A stretch of 62,418 bases of DNA, filler included, from Squatina squatina (Eukaryota): NCBI GenBank assembly GCA_031763465.1. It is 4 parts of 4 records of this genome, joined end to end, with 100 filler letters (N's around TTAATTAATTAA, not from the genome) between each part and the next. Parts side by side here need not be neighbours in the genome. Positions count along the whole stretch, not along the records: positions 49,823 to 62,418 come from JARFOE010000080.1; 3 more parts are not named here. One strand, written 5' to 3'. The notes beneath the pieces are model-generated. The model had not been told where the DNA came from. It saw nothing but the letters and a program-made list of their open reading frames with translations, and did no database searches. Both the position numbers and the translations under genes were made by a program. Below are positions 49,823 through 62,418 of this stretch, in pieces. Within the stretch, counting starts at the first letter, position 1, and the number at the start of each line of letters is the position of its first letter.

Positions 49823-52347
49823 TCCTGACAGAGGTCTTTAATATGAAGTGGTTCAATAGGATAGATCTAGGGAAGATGTTTCCACCTGTGGGAGAGTTCA
49901 AAATTAGGGGGCAACTATAGAACCTCAACCTCCATCCTAATTGACATCAGTTAACGGTTCAAATTGTGGTGGAGCCTGGATCTTCCACATGCGCATGGCT
50001 CAAATATTGACTGGATAAACTCACTGAGCCACCAGGGATCCTTTCTCATTTTGGGCCCAGCTTGAATTCATCGGGATCAAAAATACATCAGAGGAAAGAG
50101 AGAGGATGTTTTTAAAAACAATTATCATTATGACGTGGTGCTGTGTCATTTTCTACCCATGCATCATAACAGTTCAATGGGAAAATAATACTATAGCACA
50201 GCAAGCTTGTCACCTGAAAAACAAGTCAAATTATGATCCATGCTGTGGCCATTGAAAACATAATGTATGAAGTCACAGAAAGTACATTATGTGCTGACTG
50301 GTTTGTGATAAGCAGTGTCAGTGTTCTGTGGATAAGTGTATTCTGGTTTTATGGATTGAGTGAGATATTTCACCTGTATTTGTTGCCGTCAAATAGGATT
50401 CCACTAACCCTGTGAGTACTGAATGTTCTTTTTTGCTTTCCAATTCATCCTATGTTGATATTTAACCCATTCACCAACTAAAATCTATATTTAGCTATGA
50501 ACATACTGCCTTCTAAATGCCATTAACCTTGGTTTATGTTTGCACAGTTGTCTTGTTTTATCTGTTTAAATATTAGTATTTTTGAATGGGGAGCCTTTTA
50601 TGAATTGAATGAATGCAGCTATGTTAGTCAAATTTTAAAAATGCATGTTTCTCATTTGAATCCAATGGCTGAGCCCCACTAACTAACAAAGATATATATT
50701 TGGCACGATATCAGGTGCAAACATTGGATCTCACAGGAATCAGAGGTATTTCATGTTAATAAAAGACTCTCAATTTTAAAAAATGTATTTTGTAATTTAA
50801 AAAGAAGTCTATTACAGGGCACAATCATATTCAAGTTCCAGTGAGTAGATTGTTCCAGGGCCTGGTTTTCTTGAGCTCTTTGTATTCTCATCATGGAAGC
50901 ATTAGCATAAAGTGTTGTGACTTGGAAGGTGCACGGGTTATTGGATGATTCTGTACTGCTATAGAAGCAATTGTTCTGAAGGATGAACAGNNNNNNNNNN
51001 NNNNNNNNNNNNNNNNNNNNNNNNNNNNNNNNNNNNNNNNNNNNNNNNNNNNNNNNNNNNNNNNNNNNNNNNNNNNNNNNNNNNNNNNNNGCTCACGTTA
51101 TGGCAGAATTAGCACATTCAGCAGGTGCTACCATTTCAATTCAAAGCTGTCAAAATCAATTTTTCCATGGCTCATTAAGCCTGGGGAAAGCAGGGTAGGA
51201 AAATAAAAGACATGGGTTCTTTCACATCCTGTCAGCACAATACAAGATATGACGAAAATATACTCATAAGTCAAGGACTGCATGAAGTAGCAGGATTAGA
51301 TAACTTGCTCTGCGGCATCCATTTTACTCCTTTCTCAAATCAGTACTTCATCCCACTGCAAAATTTAGCTTGAATTTTTACTTACCCCTCACAGTAACTG
51401 CTCAAGCTCTATTCCCTTAAGAGCGCGTAGCTTCAAGATCACTTGTTTTCTCTGAGCTAATTTTGAATACAACTCTCTCGCTGTATGGAGAGTAACATAG
51501 AGACTTTGGCAGGAATCTAGCCTCTTATTTCCTTTCCTCCTCAAACCATTTAAATGCCAGTATATCTGCAGTAAAATAAAAACAGCAGACCATCAACTGA
51601 ATTGTAGTTCAACTCATGTTGAAAGGAGGCATTCAGTTTTGCAGCTGAATTTAATAACTTTCAAGTAGATGAAAGCAAACATCCAGCAATATGCAAGTGA
51701 AAAAAACAGAGATGCAAACGGGATATTGAGACTGGACTGCTTTGGTTATTAACTGAGATTAGGTGATGTTCTCCCAGTTGCTTGAACTCACGATATGTTT
51801 TCCTGGATATATTTCGTCCTTTCTCCCTGAACCTTGTAGGTAAGATTTGATTCATCACTTCTAAAGGAGCAATTCCATCACAAAGATGCTCGATAACATC
51901 CTTACTGCCTCCANNNNNNNNNNNNNNNNNNNNNNNNNNNNNNNNNNNNNNNNNNNNNNNNNNNNNNNNNNNNNNNNNNNNNNNNNNNNNNNNNNNNNNN
52001 NNNNNNNNNNNNNGTATCTAAAACAAACATAAAACAATGTTATCAGGATATGCATTTAGGAATTTTGTTGGCAGATGAAACCCTGCTTGGTTTTTATTTA
52101 TAGCTCACAGAATTTAGGGAATATGATGCAGAAGGGGAATCCTCCAGTGCAATGCAGCAGCAACTTGAGAAATAACTTCGCACATCGCTGACTGACTGAT
52201 GCCCACAGCTGCTCCATCTGGATTCTTAACAACGCTAGTAACCTAGAAAACAAATGCACAATCTTTTCATTGGCACTTGGAAGTGTGGCATTCTGAATCC
52301 AATTGAACAGCACAGACCAGCCTCATAGCATCTGTTTATCTAAATCC

Positions 52348-52533
52348 CTAAGATCATAAGAAATAGGAACAGGAGTAGGCCATTCGGCCCCTCGAGCCTG
52401 CTCCGCCATTCAATGAGATCATGTCTGATCCAACTTTCTTCAAGTCCACTTTCCCACCCTATCCTCATAACCCTTGATTCCCTTGCTGATTAAAAATCTA
52501 TCTATCTCAGCTTTAACATATTCAAGGATTCAG
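52348..52533 (-). mobile_element. CR1 LINE 3' end
   Basis: taagatcataagaaataggaacaggagtaggccattcggcccctcgagcc... Confidence 0.85.
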
Positions 52534-52633
52534 NNNNNNNNNNNNNNNNNNNNNNNNNNNNNNNNNNNNNNNNNNNNNNNNNNNNNNNNNNNNNNNNNNN
52601 NNNNNNNNNNNNNNNNNNNNNNNNNNNNNNNNN

Positions 52634-52923
52634 TCCCATTGAAGGCCGGCCCAGCTCCGGATTCCCATTCAAGGCCGGCCCAGCTCTGGGCACCCATTCA
52701 AGGCCGGCCCAGCTCTGGGTTCCAATTCAAGGCCGGCCCAGCTCTGGGCTCCCATTCAAGGCCAGCCCAGCTCTGGGCTCCCATTGAAGGCCGGCCCAGC
52801 TCCGGATTCCCATTCAAGGCCGGCCAAGCTCTAGGCTCCCATTCAAGGCCGGCCCAGCTCTGGGCTCCCATTCAAGGCCATCCCAGCTCTAGGCTCCCAT
52901 TCAAGGCTGGCCCAGATCTGAGC
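52634..52923 (+). repeat. GC-rich 29-bp minisatellite, at least 10 units (5' end in gap)
   Basis: Consensus tcccattcaaggccggcccagctctgggc, head to tail with no spacers. Confidence 0.95.
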
Positions 52924-54371
52924 TGCATTTCAGTGCTGTTTCCTCCAATTTTCTTGCACCACAACAAAAGGAGGTAAAGAAGCATTCGTTGGATGCCATT
53001 AAAAAAGTGAATATTAACACTGAACTATAGCAGATGATACTCAATGTAAAGCAAACATTTGAATTTAGTTGCAGCCAAAGCGGTTAAAAAAAAGAATTAA
53101 ATTGAATAATATTTAAAATATTTTTGGTTATCTGAAAAAAATGCAAGGAAATCTTCTGACCAAACTAACAGGTCTTGCAGCAACATATGTTACATTATAT
53201 ATTCATGGTTCTTTGCTTCTGTAACCCGAGTGCTGTATGCTCAGTTAAGTGCTTTGCACTTAAATTTTTACCTTTCAGCTGAGTGATATTCCTCAACTCA
53301 ATTAAGCTATTTTATGAAAGTGGTGTTGAAAACGAATTGACCTTTATTCAATATATAGCCAGTCAGATCTTGGCTCCACCATATTGTCGTAGCAGAATCA
53401 ATATTGTATTTTAATAGGATCCGCAGATAGACTCAGGAATAGCTGTTAAGTGAAGCTGCAATGAAAAACAGAAAATTAATTTCCAACTTCCAGAGGCTAC
53501 TCCTGCACTACTCTCCTCCCACTCACTGACTGCTCCTTTCAGCTCTTCAGCAATCTTCCTGTATGTTAACAGTTGGGAATAGACGTCATTAATAATCAAG
53601 ATGAAAGAAACAAGTGGGTGATTTTTATTTTTTAATGGTGCGATGGCACGCATACTGACAGATCGTGCCTAGAGACCCTTGTTTGAATTCATCTATTTGT
53701 TGGCATATAGAAGTGCTTCATTATCTTGAATGATATTTGCATGGTGACCAATGTCTTTGTTACACGTAACCTGCCAGCAGAAGTGAGGCACATTGCATGA
53801 AGCTGTCACACCCACTGCCCAAGTTGTACTGGCTGCATACAATTAGCAGCTCCAGCTACCTCCGAAAGACAGGCACTTGACATACTGTCGTATACCTGCC
53901 TGCGCATGCAGAAATCACACTGCGATTATTAGAAGCCAGAGCTCACCCTCTGGCTACATAAGTCAGATAATGACATTGTTTACCGACCTAAGAAAATCAG
54001 TCTTTAACTCAGGGCGGGATCAGTGCACAGCGGGGGTTTGGCCTGAAACAGGCAGGACACCAGCAAGGCCCGAGGAACACGGCCGGCAACAGTAAAACCT
54101 ACAAAGCATGTTAAAGCCGAGACTTCCAGCCTCATTAACATATGNNNNNNNNNNNNNNNNNNNNNNNNNNNNNNNNNNNNNNNNNNNNNNNNNNNNNNNN
54201 NNNNNNNNNNNNNNNNNNNNNNNNNNNNNNNNNNNNNNNNNNNNGCACCTGGTGTTAGGCGAGAGAGTCATGTCTTTGTTTTTGCGTCCTTTCTAAATAA
54301 GCTAGTCTGTTGCAAAGTGTCCCAATTATCAGTCTAGTTCAGAATTATTAAAAAATTAATTGCTGCTTCTT

Positions 54372-54985
54372 TGGCCAGAATTTTAACAGGAAAGAGTGAG
54401 TGGGGTTTGGGAGAGGATGGGTGGTTAAATGTGCTGAAATTGACAGCGCGTCAGGAGCCGGCTTCAACCCGCCGGCTTCTGCATTTCACACAAGCGCATT
54501 TGGCTGCAAGCGTAAGAACGAGTAGAGCTTTTTTACATGGGTTTTCAAGTTTAACTGTGCGCATGGGATTCCCGTGCTTTCTGGACCTCGCCAGTGAAAG
54601 CAAGGCGAGAGCACAGTGGCAATTGAGNNNNNNNNNNCTACATTGGAGGTCACCCCTCAGTACTTTGGAGGATTGTGCATCTGATCTTCACTTTAGATAT
54701 ATCAGATCAGCATGGTTGCCGCTTATGCTGTTTCACCTTGGACCTTAGATGATGATCAAGATGAGCACCAGCAGCTTTCTCCTCACCAACCTGCAGCTCC
54801 ACAGGAGAGAAAGGATGAGCACAAAGGTGCAGTTCGCAGGAGGCGATATCCGCAACACGGTATATAGCCAAAGGATCAGCTTCCTGGACACGATTGAACA
54901 GCAGTGCTTTGGGAGGCTCAGGCTATCATGTCAGGTCGTGACAGATATTTGTACCCTGCTGGAAGAAGACCTCAATCATGGTTAA
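54372..54985 (+). mobile_element. Harbinger transposon left end and 5' part of HARBI1-like transposase, decayed
   Basis: Terminus ggccagaattttaac; frameshifted RRRRYPQH / VYSQRISFLDTIEQQCFGRLRLSCQVVTDICTLLEEDL (the F...FRLS...I..L HTH region of Harbinger transposases). Confidence 0.75.
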
Positions 54986-57900
54986 AAGACATGGGCATGT
55001 GCTTGCTGTCCACTTAGGTTAAAAGGAAATTTGTCTCCGATTCAATTGTGTCAAATTGTTGGTACTCAGGATGATGTAGCAGGCGTGCCTTAGTTGGATT
55101 TCCAAAGGAAATTTCAAGAAGTAAATTTTGTTAGTGGGAACTGTCTTCATTTCTAGACAGGATAGCTTCATTGTCAATTTATCCATCATCTCACGCTAAA
55201 ACTGTGAAACTTTCCTGGGTGAAATGCGTTCATTGTTGATTAGACTAAATGCATTGTGCCCAACAGAGTTTGCTTGCAATGAAGTTGATGTCTAACTTTC
55301 TCGCATCAGTGAGATCCATATTTCAGAGAGAAGAGATAGCTCTTTTATTAATTGCTGACCCATGGGCTGGTTTTAGAAACCTATAGCTGTGCACTTATGA
55401 AACCTTATCCCATCAATCTGCCGCATGCATGACAGAAATGTACTGAGGATATTTTTAGCACCAAGTGAATCTGCTTTTCTGTAGAAACTTGATCATCCTT
55501 ATGAGGAAGGATTTCAATAACAGTTGTGCAGAGGTAGATTAAAATAAGGATAGTATTGATTTAAAAATCAGTTAAAGGGGCATTGTTACCTTGGTGAATT
55601 ATCTTATAAAAATGCTTTGTCATGTCTGTACACAGACAGAGTTGGAAGAAGCAATGTGATTCCAACATCTACATTATTTTGATGACAATTTCAATACTCA
55701 AAATCATTGGTAAGTTGCTTTGTAAATGTTCATGTTTTAGCCAATAAAGTATCTGATGCATGAAAATTCAAATATTGTTATATTGCATATATTGCACTTG
55801 AAATAAATCCTAGCAAAAGATCCAAATACTGACACTTTGTAATGTAATTGACAATAAGGCACAAAACACGAATGTTTTCAGTTTCAGTAATTACCAACAA
55901 TAGTAGTGATCAGTATTCCTTCAGCGGATGGATAGTGTGGAATTCTAGAATATGCTGCTTAAAGGTTTGTTTTGAGTGAGGAAACCCCNNNNNNNNNNNN
56001 NNNNNNNNNNNNNNNNNNNNNNNNNNNNNNNNNNNNNNNNNNNNNNNNNNNNNNNNNNNNNNNNNNNNNNNNNNNNNNNNNNNNNNNNTCACGATTGGGA
56101 GGGCAATGGGAGAGGCCAGTTTCAGAGAAGTGAAGATTTCATGGGTGGGGTCATAGGGCTGGAGAAGATTACAGAGATGCAGAAAGGCATTAATCTATGG
56201 TCAGGACTCAAAATCAGTCCCATAGCCAGCTGGGTTCAATTTTTAAAAATAATAGTTAGGTCCTGGTCAGTTTCAACCAATCAATATTGGCTGGATTAAC
56301 AAGCAACCACAATTGCAAAAAGCTGGAATTGCCCATATAAATTTGATTCAGAAGCAAAGGAAACTGTTGCAAAGGGAGTGTTTTTGGATTCGCTTACTGT
56401 TGAAGAAATCAGGACAGCTGCAACAAAACACAGGAAAACAACAACAGGACAGCTACCAGATGGACAAAATTAAAAAGGCCCACCAGCTTACCTTTACAGT
56501 ATAGCCAGATGCCAGATTTTAGTGAAAGATCTGGCTCCTCTATGCATCCAGTCGGATCTGGATTCACACACACAGGCGCTTCACTTCTGCTCACACTCGG
56601 TCTCCCTGTTTAGTTTGTGACTGAAGGTTAATAACAGCCCTGACCACCAACCCCACCCCTTATCTCTTCCACCACCATCCCACCCCCTCAACTAGACCTA
56701 CCTGCTCACAGCTCAGCTGCAGTCTTGTGCTACAGGCTTTCCCACCCGACAAACAGCTAGCCCATCAATCAGGTTGGCTGTTGGGCGGGGGAACTGAGAA
56801 AAAAAAATCCAACGCGCCCTGGAGTTAAAACTCCATGGTGTTCGGGGAAGCCCAGACCAGAATTTTTTGCCCCCACTTGAAAATCCCACCCCAATCGATA
56901 TCAGGACCCATGTTTCGCTGACCTTCACTTTCAAACGAATACTGTCAAAATTACAACATTGCATTTCACAAACATGTTATTTATCTGTTTATGACTTTGA
57001 GACATATGTACTCTAATGTAAAATTTAGAAAGGTTTATCAAATGTTCTACTCTGTGTCAATAGATTTGTTTGGATGCAATTGATTTTTAAGCACCATTNN
57101 NNNNNNNNNNNNNNNNNNNNNNNNNNNNNNNNNNNNNNNNNNNNNNNNNNNNNNNNNNNNNNNNNNNNNNNNNNNNNNNNNNNNNNNNNNNNNNNNNNTG
57201 TGCTAATTCTACAGGATTTCTGTACTGTACTGCATTAGTGCTGGTCCATTACAATTAACCGGAAAACATATCTCTACCCTCTTAAGCATGCATTTGGAAA
57301 CATCAGTGCTATTAATTTTTCCTCAAGGAGCCTATATAGAATTTTCATTGGATAGATGAATCCAATTTTGGTACCAGATCAAATTAGCAACTTGTTCAAA
57401 ATAGCATGTAAACAGTCAGCACAGAAAAGCCACAACCTCAGTTTATAGATAATGACAGTGCTAATTCAAGATGCTATAGCTGGAATGATAACAAACAAAT
57501 CTCAACATTGTCTTACTTTCTGTGTAAGCAATTTTTATAACTGAAAACGTGTACACTGTAACTTGTGCTATACAATATGTTGACTGCTTTATCACGTAAC
57601 AAGGAAATAATGAATACTAGAACCTGTTTAAATGATTGAACTGTATCTAGGTAAATCAAAACCTGTAACATATTTCTACCAGCAGCCTACATTGACTATG
57701 TGCAGTTCAAGACTCAAGCAAAATTTCACTACAACTAAGAATTTCTCTCCAGTGACTCAAATAGCTATCTTTGTAAAACAAAATAATTTTAATCTGATTA
57801 AAGTTTGTTTATAAACAGAAGCAAGTGGTGCCCCTGGAGCTAGCAGATAGTCCCCAGAGATTATTGTGTATTGCTTTATCCTCTGTCTCTGAGACAATGG

Positions 57901-59990
57901 AACTCTTACTGGTGTCCAGGTCAAAGAGCTGCATTTGAAGTTCATTAGCTTAGGGGAAAGTTTAGATGAAAAGATATAATGCAAAAAAACTTTCAGAATA
58001 TGATGCAAGTTGGAGCCTTGTTTCTGTCATAATCAGCAATGTACCTTTTTGAAAATGAGGCCAACAACATCCATCTCCCCAAAGACAATTTTATCAATTC
58101 TCCCTTCTGAATTATTTTAATCGCTTTTAGAAACCTACTTAGAGATTTGTTGCTGGTATTGTCTCTCTTGCGATCATGCACACACAGAATGCACAAAATC
58201 GTGTTAAAAAGAAAAGTTTCATGCGTATTACCATGTTTCATTGCAGTATTGTCCATGTTTTCTTTAGCCTTGAAGTGAACTGGTGAATTATCACAAATAA
58301 AATAAAATAAATATGTCTGTGTACACATGCCTTATTTACAAACTGATACACTTGTGGAGAAATACATGGCCCTGTATCTTTCTGAATTGCTTTTCTTATT
58401 TTTATTGTAATTATAAACATAAGGGAATATAGACAATGGGAAAAAAAAACAGTAGGAGCAATATATTAATGAGTAAATTGACCGCTCCCAGCAAAGACCT
58501 GCACTTTAACGGAGCATGGTGTGGGGAATCCACACTACAATGTTGTAGCACTACCTCCCAGTAAGTTGAGCTCCCAACTGGAACCATGTGAATTCATCAT
58601 TTCAACTTGAGATGATGGAGTTTAAATAAATGTTTGTGGAGCTTTAGGCTGTAAAATACTGTTTGTGACATTCATAGTTAAATGCTTAATGTGTTGGTGT
58701 AACATTACTCCGTCNNNNNNNNNNNNNNNNNNNNNNNNNNNNNNNNNNNNNNNNNNNNNNNNNNNNNNNNNNNNNNNNNNNNNNNNNNNNNNNNNNNNNN
58801 NNNNNNNNNNNNNNAGTAGATTGATACAAATTTGACAGGGGAGGTAACTAGAGTAAGATGTACAATTTGTATGTCTAATACACCATCAGTATTAAAATAT
58901 TTTAACTAAAATCATTTTATTTTTCCAATGTTATCTAAAAGCCTACACAGTTCTGGCATCAATACTGACAAGTAAAATGCCACAAGCATTTTTAGCTGAC
59001 TTCACATTTTATACAACCGAGGACTTCCTGTCCAACATCTTCAGTGGTGGAAAGCAGAAGCAGTAGAGCAGGTTACAGAAACATGTATATATAATCAAAC
59101 ACGAAAGGGATTTAGAAAAGGTGACTTTCCAACAAATCTAACCACAGAAGTATGTGCTGCAGGAAAATGCAATAATGTATTTGTTCTTTCCATGAACCAG
59201 TCCCTTCTTCAAAGTAGGATGCCATAGAAGGTACAATTATTAACAAGTATTGCTTAAGTTGTCAACGTTTATCATAATCAACTTTTTTCACCCACACATT
59301 TAATACACAGTTGTGTTGGTGATTTAAAGCTGTAATTTAAAAGCTATACAAGCACATTTTCNNNNNNNNNNNNNNNNNNNNNNNNNNNNNNNNNNNNNNN
59401 NNNNNNNNNNNNNNNNNNNNNNNNNNNNNNNNNNNNNNNNNNNNNNNNNNNNNNNNNNNNNCTCGATCAATGAGTCTACAACAGAGCCAGATATGAGGCG
59501 AGCAAACCCCAGTGGTGGAAACCTTTGGGAACCATAGGTCTAAAGTCACCTGACCCTCCCAAGCATGGCACACACAACATGTGGCAACTTTGGGAATTAT
59601 GTACGATTCATGTTTTCTGTTTTGTTCAATCACGGAATTGTCATTTGGAACCCATGGTGTGTGGTGACAATGGCCCCTGTCACTCAATTCCCGGCAGTCA
59701 CGACCGTATCTGCATTGGAAGAATCAAGCAGAGTAGTTACTCAAAACCCTGCCTAGATAATGGTTTATTTTGTACATCTTTATCAACACTGGACTGAATG
59801 GGGTTGTTTTTTCAGACCAGAAGGAGGGAAATGTAGAAGTTTAGGGGAATAAGTGGCAAGCACAACGTTTATTTTTTTTAAAATTTCCAAAGTCATCCAA
59901 AGAGGCACAAAGCAGTGTTTAAAATATTAACAATCTATAATCACACTTCTTGGTTTCTATTTTCAGCCTTGAAACAAGTTACCCACTTAC

Positions 59991-60110
59991 AAATTTTTCT
60001 TTGGTTGCGACTGCTGTGTAGGTGGCGTTTTGGGCGGCCTTCCTCGTTTCTTCTGTGGTGTTGACTCCGTAGATAAAGAGTCATTTACATCAGACTCTGG
60101 AGTTTCTATT
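59991..60110 (-). CDS. PDS5B: PDS5B C-terminal AT-hook exon (120 bp, phase 2-2)
   Basis: ctatag|A...TT|gtaagt; IETPESDVNDSLSTESTPQKKRGRPPKTPPTQQSQPKKN (AT-hook RGRP). Confidence 0.88.
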
Positions 60111-61740
60111 CTATAGTATAGATAATTGCAACATTTAGTGGATTTATTAAAACAATATTAAAATGAAGCTGTCTATAGATGAGAAAAATATTAGTTAACT
60201 AATTTTGTCAACTGAGTACCTCAATGGAATATATATTGATAACTTTTTTCTCATTTCCTACCGATTTGTTTTTCAATTTGTTTATTCAGTTATGTTTCTG
60301 TAAAATATATCTCAGGTGGTCTTTGTCTCTTTCGCTTGACTTTATTCGTGTTTCTTTTCGATACACGCTCCCTCTTCCCTCATTTGCCCTGTTTTTGCTG
60401 CTCTTAGCTTTATTTTTCCATTTTCCCTATTCGTACAAAGATGTTTTTCTGCTTTTACATACTTTTAATCTCTCTATCTGCTGCTTCGACTACTTTTCCA
60501 TGATTGTCTTTTTTATTCAAAATGTACAAATGCACTGCAATCTGATAAAATATTCCGTAAGTGCCCCTTTGACTTAGTTATAATACCTGAAATAAAGTTT
60601 GTTGGAATCAGTCAGTCCAAAAACTTGATAAAGTGCTTGAAAAACACTCGTCTAATGATCAGAAGGTAATATTCATATTTAGCCATTTAAAATATTGCTG
60701 TCTATAGATCTGATTTTTCTGAATTTTTGTCTATTTGTGGCAAACTATTTACTGATCTATCTGATAGCTGTCATAATAATTATTTTCCACCATATTTAAC
60801 ACATTCATGCTCTTATGTGATGTAGTCTTCATTATGTAAATTGTAAAAGTACTCTCTTCTCGGTCCAATAATAATAAAATGTTTTTCTATTCCTTGCTTT
60901 CTTGCTTTCTCATTGTTATCATCCAGGAATGATTTGCACTCATTTCTCGATCCCTTCCAAGGACTGAACTATAAAATATTATTTAATAGTCTAGTGCATC
61001 CCTTGAATTGAAAAATCACATGAAGTACACAATGCAAAACAAAACTATACTCAAACAAAACCTACTCTAAGTTTACACCATAAGTTTAGTATCTGTGTCA
61101 AGCAATTTTGGTTTCACATCAACACTAAACTGGCAGTGTAAGTCCAGAGTCAGGGCCTGACCTGACGATAGAGTGAAGTGAATGAGATTCTCTAGAGGGG
61201 TAGTCTCGTACTGCTTTGAGTTGATGCTGCATGGAGTATAAATTCAGTGCAGTGTCAAACTGGTTTACAAAGTGCTNNNNNNNNNNNNNNNNNNNNNNNN
61301 NNNNNNNNNNNNNNNNNNNNNNNNNNNNNNNNNNNNNNNNNNNNNNNNNNNNNNNNNNNNNNNNNNNNNNNNNNNNTGATTGGCAGTTAAAATGTGAATT
61401 ATAAAACAGCAATAGTTATGAGTTTTAAGGCTCAATTAATACACTTACTACAATTAATGCTGATAAAAATGCCAGAGTACAAATTTCACATTAATACAAG
61501 TCATTTTGAAAAAACTTGCATTACTTCACCTGAAAAAAGTTAATTTCTAATAATCTTCTAAAGATTAGATACCACATGCAAATGGGGAATAAATTTAAAA
61601 AAAAATCAAGGGCAACAGTTTCTGTGGCGCACAGAGTAAAACTGAATGAAGAATTAGATTTGTGTAAAGACATTTAGTCGAAGCTGAATCGTTTCTCTAT
61701 TTACAAGTGTATTAGAGTTAAAAAATTGAAGAAGAAATAC

Positions 61741-61803
61741 CTTTCCAGGTGTGAAAAAGGCTTTCATTTCTGAAGGTAGATAATTTTTACTGTTGTTGAA
61801 GTT
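61741..61803 (-). CDS. PDS5B: PDS5B internal exon (63 bp)
   Basis: ttttttcag|AAC...AAG|gtattt; NFNNSKNYLPSEMKAFFTPGK. Confidence 0.9.
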
Positions 61804-62418
61804 CTGAAAAAACAAAAGTTGAGAAAGCTTTTATTATTTCAACTCTAATTGGCATCAAGACAACAGTGGCATTGAACAGTAAACTGGAAACAAGGTTGCA
61901 ATTTGCCATCTTCAAATTGTTATCCATGCTAGGTTGCAATATGCTACTCCATAAAAGTTCTAAAATGTAGGTGGACAAGATTTTGTAACAAAATAAAACT
62001 CAAAAATGAACATTCAAATAGATTTCACCCTTTGAACAATATAAACATGTGAGCAATGACAGTGTGTCTTACACAGTGAGCCAAGCTGCAGTAAGAGACA
62101 ACTGTAAAATTGACATCTTACAAAACTGGCCTTTGTGGTTACTAGAAGCACAAAGATTTGAAGAAATTGTACTTGGGAACCAACACGTCAGAGTTTTCCG
62201 ACTGCCATTAATAATGCTTGCTCCAATTTCAGCAAGCAATTTCATTTTACTTACAAAGCCCAGAGTTCCAGGAGACAACACTGTCTGGGAAATTATTCCA
62301 CAGGCAAAAGTGACTAAGCTTCTAATTTTCTGTGCTATTCTTCTGGAATACCCCCACACCTCCATTTCCCTCCAAGCTAATTGCAGTCCAACTTTACAAT
62401 GGCAACCAGATGTTTTAA

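Noticed and set aside
52634-52923. CRISPR-like 29-bp palindromic repeats
   Set aside because: Units are directly adjacent with no unique spacers, there are no cas genes, and the context is vertebrate: a minisatellite.
55634-55709. Possible plus-strand exon ending TTG|gtaagt
   Set aside because: Only the donor is strong; the translation is unrecognised, so support is insufficient.
57199-58714. Possible PDS5B 3' UTR
   Set aside because: Position and composition fit, but no terminal coding exon or stop codon was found to anchor it.
62049-62418. Overlapping open frames on both strands at the window end
   Set aside because: Lies in a PDS5B intron, with no recognisable homology or exon boundaries.

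Overview
Eukaryotic vertebrate genomic DNA, most likely a cartilaginous fish (shark), inferred from SacSINE1/DeuSINE-type SINEs, CR1/L2/RTE LINEs and Harbinger elements. It is not contiguous. About 50 contigs of 0.5-3 kb are joined by 100-N gaps of unknown true size, and three artificial N44-TTAATTAATTAA-N44 linkers (22178-22277, 35961-36060, 49723-49822) split it into four unrelated blocks. Block 1 (1-22177): a RAB5 exon, an EFHB exon, seven KCNH8 exons on the minus strand including first and last, and the start of a collagen VI vWA exon. Block 2 (22278-35960): four sucrase-isomaltase (SI) exons. Block 3 (36061-49722): NANP exon 2 and a POLR1B exon. Block 4 (49823-62418): two PDS5B exons. Most supplied ORFs are spurious, gap-spanning or decayed transposon fragments; real exons were called from GT-AG boundaries plus recognised translations, with gene identities recalled from memory rather than searched. 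I found no prokaryotic-type system, CRISPR array, rRNA or tRNA gene, and no well-supported novel biological system. The best leads are a RAB5C-like exon at the RAB5A position, decayed two-gene Harbinger elements and their MITEs, an arthropod-like CR1-Zenon RT relic, Penelope/hammerhead-type inserts (one with a 15-bp TSD), a 29-bp minisatellite with a hint of 145-bp periodicity, and several orphan exon-like segments.
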